From: a virus
Lineage: Duplodnaviria > Caudoviricetes
Virus record (IMG/VR): IMGVR_UViG_2855110455_000001
Coordinates: 3,344-67,343 of that record
Strand: one strand, 5' to 3'
Length of the DNA stretch: 64,000 bases
Shown here: one piece after another, positions 60,704 to 64,000 of the stretch
Numbering within the stretch: position 1 is the first letter of the stretch
Layout: every line of letters starts with the position of its first letter
The notes under the pieces: generated by a model
Database searches by the model: none
Told to the model about the DNA's origin: nothing
Seen by the model: only the letters and a program-made list of their open reading frames with translations
Position numbers and translations under genes: made by a program

Positions 60704-61327
60704 ATGTCTATTGAATCGATTTTTGCGTTTATATCTATTGTTTTTGTTATCACAATGATTCCAGGGCCTAATACGCTCTTAATTCTTCATACGTCCTTAT
60801 CAGCTAGAAAACTTAATGCTTTTTTTAATATTATTGGAATATCTTTAGGCTTCATTATATATGCAATGGTTTCAGCTTTAGGGCTAAGCTTGCTTCTTGC
60901 ACAGTCTGCAAGTGCTTTTGCATTACTTAAATGGTTAGGCGTAGGATATTTACTTTGGCTTGGTTATAGTCATATCCGAGATAGCGTTAAAGTTGATAGA
61001 GCGAATGAGATCTCTGAACTTAAAGTTGAGACATTGCGTCAAAGTTTTATTCGAGGTCTTTTTACTAATTTGCTAAATCCGAAAATTGTAATGTTTTATC
61101 TATCTATCTTCCCACAATTTATATCTAAGAACTCGGTAATAACTGACAGTTTAATTTTGGGTATTGTACAAGCACTCATTGTTTCAGCATGGTTTAGCTT
61201 GGTTATTTTACTTGCATCTCGTTTGGCGGGTTGGCTGAGCACTAGCATGAATAAAGCACGTTTAAATAGACTTTCAGGCGTCGTATATATCTTGTTTAGT
61301 GCTAAGCTTGCGATGCTTAAACTATGA
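60704..61327 (+). CDS. LysE/RhtB-family exporter
   Basis: IPGPN, LKWLGVGYLLWLG, GLFTNLLNPK..FYL..FPQF. Confidence 0.92.
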   Translation: MSIESIFAFISIVFVITMIPGPNTLLILHTSLSARKLNAFFNIIGISLGFIIYAMVSALGLSLLLAQSASAFALLKWLGVGYLLWLGYSHIRDSVKVDRANEISELKVETLRQSFIRGLFTNLLNPKIVMFYLSIFPQFISKNSVITDSLILGIVQALIVSAWFSLVILLASRLAGWLSTSMNKARLNRLSGVVYILFSAKLAMLKL

Positions 61328-62136
61328 AATAATTAACAGTTAGTTTCGGGCGGATAGGAGTTTTAATTTCTATTCGTCCGTTTGTTATTTTTGTCGAAAG
61401 ATGAAGTACTGAGTTATGATCTCCTCAATCTTTATTACCTTAGTCTAAGAGCCATACTATGCTCTCCAAAACTCCCGCATTATGCAGTGATAAATTGCGC
61501 AATCTTTTGAATCGCAGAAATAGCAAAGCTGAAAGATACGCGGTTTAGGTAAATGAAAAAGAAGTGATAATAGAAGAGACCCTATATGGGCTTTTTTAAT
61601 GCAACAGAGTTAATATTTGAGTCATATTAGATATGATGAGAAAGTTAGTTTAAGTAAAATATTAAGTATATTCAAAATTTAATATTTATGAAGAGCTGAA
61701 ATGTTTTTATTGCGATTGGTATATTGATATATAAGAAGTTATTTGTAAATTTAGATATCTAGATAATATTTTAATCATTAGTGAATGAGAAAAAACAGTA
61801 GTCATGTTTGTTTTTATATCTAGTCACTGTTTTTGTTTCATGATATAGATATTTGCGAGCGAAATACTGCGCGCCAAAGGTGTTGTAATTTAAATTTCTT
61901 TTAGTGTGAATTTTTCGGTGAATATAGCAGTTTTGATACAGGGAAATGGGTAGGACTGCTTTAGGTTGTACAGTCGGTTGTTATCCTAATCTTCTAGGTG
62001 ATAGTGCTGCTAGTTTGTGATGTTGTTAACTGTTTGATTTGCAAGTTTTTATAAGGAGTATGTCAATTATTAATATAGTAAATTGTATTGATTATGATTT
62101 TTCTACTTGTTGATTGAGGTGGTTAAGAGAGGCTCT

Positions 62137-62478
62137 ATGGAAGCAAATCAAAACAGTACTAGCATGACTCGATATGACAATAAATCATATATGGCACCTA
62201 TGTTATATATGAGTGGTTTTATTGAATATTATCTTTGGGAAGATGTATGTAATGAAAAGTATGCTCAGATAGTTGCGTACAAGGTGGGTCGTAATAATAT
62301 CTCTTTAGTTGGTACTGCTTATTTTTTTTCAATAAAAAAGTATAATCATGGAGGTGTTTTTTTAAATAATGTTTTGGGGTTAGATAGAAGCTTAAATCAG
62401 ATAAAAATAGAAAATATTAAGATTATATTTATGTTGAAAGCCGTGCTTAAACATTATAATCAACTAGCCATTGAATAA
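62137..62478 (+). CDS. Hypothetical protein
   Basis: GAGG RBS, AT-rich ORF. Confidence 0.5.
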   Translation: MEANQNSTSMTRYDNKSYMAPMLYMSGFIEYYLWEDVCNEKYAQIVAYKVGRNNISLVGTAYFFSIKKYNHGGVFLNNVLGLDRSLNQIKIENIKIIFMLKAVLKHYNQLAIE

Positions 62479-62574
62479 TGGTTTTAAACAGTATGTAGCA
62501 GTACAGTAAATGTTGTCTATAAAAAATATAACAAAGCCTTTATATTACTAATTTTATATTCTTATAGTCACATT

Positions 62575-62896
62575 ATGATTATTAAAGGAGTAGCGTTGCG
62601 TAGTAATAAATTGCGCAACGCAGCTAAAAATCAACAATGCGCAGTCCAAATTCTTGGTGTGTGTAACTTTAATCCTGAAACTGTCGTTTTAGCGCATCTA
62701 CCTAGTACTACTCATGGCATAAGCTATAAATCTGATGACATATGGGCAGTTGATTGCTGCTCAAGTTGTCATGACGTTCTTGATGGGCGAGTACCATTTG
62801 AGTGGTTAGCTGGGGGAGAAAGAGCAATATATTCTTGCGGCACTGCACACAACATTAATGCGAAGGATTAGAGATAACATTCTAATTATTCAATAG
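62575..62896 (+). pseudogene. DUF1364/YbcO-family nuclease, +1 frameshift
   Basis: LRNAAK.QQC.VQI.GVC..ETVVLAH..KSDD..CCSSCHD; extra G at ~62,812-62,816 relative to the copy-1 remnant. Confidence 0.8.
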
Positions 62897-62979
62897 TTAT
62901 CACAAAATAAAATAGATAAACGGTATCCACGTTAATAATTGTTTAAAGATAACTTTTATTTAGCAGTGTTGGTGAGTCT

Positions 62980-63093
62980 ATGTGGTGGCTATCTTTAATA
63001 AAGTTTAACGGTTGTTGTGGCGATGAGTATATAGAAAATGAAGCTGGTGATGTCCAAATTTACAGCTGTGGTTGTTGCGTGCTTTTTGCATAA
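62980..63093 (+). CDS. 37-aa Cys-rich small protein (copy 2)
   Basis: MWWLSLIKFNGCCGDEYIENEAGDVQIYSCGCCVLFA*; GGTGAG RBS. Confidence 0.6.
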   Translation: MWWLSLIKFNGCCGDEYIENEAGDVQIYSCGCCVLFA

Positions 63094-63706
63094 GGTAATG
63101 TCTCTTTAAATAACTAAACGCCTCTTATTCTATAAATAAATAACATAGTGATAAAGGTTATTGTGTTTATAAACATAGGCTTGTTACAGTCTCAGTCAAT
63201 ATTTATATGTTAAGTAAAAAAGATAGAAATTTATTTTAAAATTATTAGTGATTTTTATATACTAATAAATCCTTATTAAGGCTGAAATTAAAAATAACTA
63301 AATAAGGAGATATTGGTTCATCGTTATGTGTAATTTTATGTTTGTTATTAGTTATAGTATGAACCTATACCTAATAGTAATAAGTTGTTGCTTATATATT
63401 GGTGTAAGGCATGGTTCAATGCAGGCTCTTCTATGGGATCAGTTTTGCTTATTTAAGCAACCACTCTCTATTTTGAGCAACCACTCTATATTGAGTGGTT
63501 TTTTTTGTTCAATTAAGAAATTAATATGATTTTTTTATTGCAGTTTAAAATTATAGCTACTTCTTTAAAATAGAGCCCCCAATATATTTAATAGCCTATG
63601 TTCACTATTGGCCTCATGGTTATCTCGTCTCTCTGAAATTGGGTATCAGGGGTAATATGTTCTTCAGTAGAAGCTATCGTGATTATTACTGAATACATGA
63701 GGCATT

Positions 63707-63981
63707 ATGAGCAGAGCAATTGAGTTATTCGCAAGAATGCATGAAGTGCGCAGTGTGACGGCAGATGAACGCGGTCGCCAAACATTAACCGGTGACGTTA
63801 TCTTAGCTGTTTTTGGTAAGGTCCAACATAAGATGCCATTAGGGATGGATTTGTTGATGGCCAAGTATGTTCATGATACCCCTGCCGCAAATCGTATCAT
63901 TGATGTTATGGCCACATGGTTGAATGATGAGTCGTTAAAGCGTAAAGACTTAGCGATAGCATTAAGTTGTGTTGCCCTCGA
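63707..63981 (+). pseudogene. Q antiterminator copy 2, interrupted
   Basis: Near-identical to 16,231 onward until ~63,984. Confidence 0.85.
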
Positions 63982-64000
63982 TGTAGTGGCACTCACTTAA
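63982..64000 (+). mobile_element. End of an IS3-family (IS911-like) element
   Basis: TGTAGTGGCACTCACTTAA resembles IS911 terminal TGAAGTGGCACAC; begins where Q homology stops. Confidence 0.55.

Larger units (their letters stand above)
48500..64000. mobile_element. Prophage 2, degraded relative of prophage 1 (continues beyond window)
   Basis: int-cargo-alpA-cargo-exo(pseudo)-bet stub..DUF1364-Q; near-identical DNA to 1,120-3,334 and 16,059-16,500. Confidence 0.9.

Noticed and set aside
350-63864. Many short antisense or alternate-frame ORFs in the track (e.g. 7956-8282, 24146-24574, 38473-38940, 58360-58683)
   Set aside because: Shadows of longer genes with clear family motifs

Overview
AT-rich Vibrionaceae-like DNA (Photobacterium is my inference) made up of two related prophages in tandem. 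Prophage 1 (<1 to ~48,500) looks near-complete. It has a lambdoid early region (AlpA/Xis, YqaJ exonuclease, Bet, CI/Cro, O/P-like replication, Q) joined to a 933W/phi24B-type podovirus morphogenesis module (terminase, P22-like portal, N4-gp56-type capsid, fibres, ejection proteins, 2,100-aa polyvalent protein). Its cargo includes a radical SAM/SPASM gene, an orphan nuclease-like gene followed by half an integron attC, a VCC/phobalysin-family cytolysin, a YadA-head protein and a reversed hipA-hipB pair. An attP-like junction at ~48,420-48,710 carries what looks like a spare 5' end of sbcB. Prophage 2 then starts with its integrase and is decaying: the exonuclease has a nonsense codon, bet-cI-O-P is deleted, DUF1364 is frameshifted and Q is cut by an IS911-like end. 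Its cargo is intact: a NACHT-pentapeptide protein, an FtsZ fusion with a degenerate GTP pocket but intact T7 loop, RloAB and LysE. Best leads: (1) the FtsZ fusion and NACHT genes, each behind a copy of the same structured leader; (2) an FtsZ C-terminal-peptide look-alike (DLDIPAYLRQ) inside the giant ejection protein; (3) integron-cassette capture by a prophage. All family calls come from motif recognition, not database searches.
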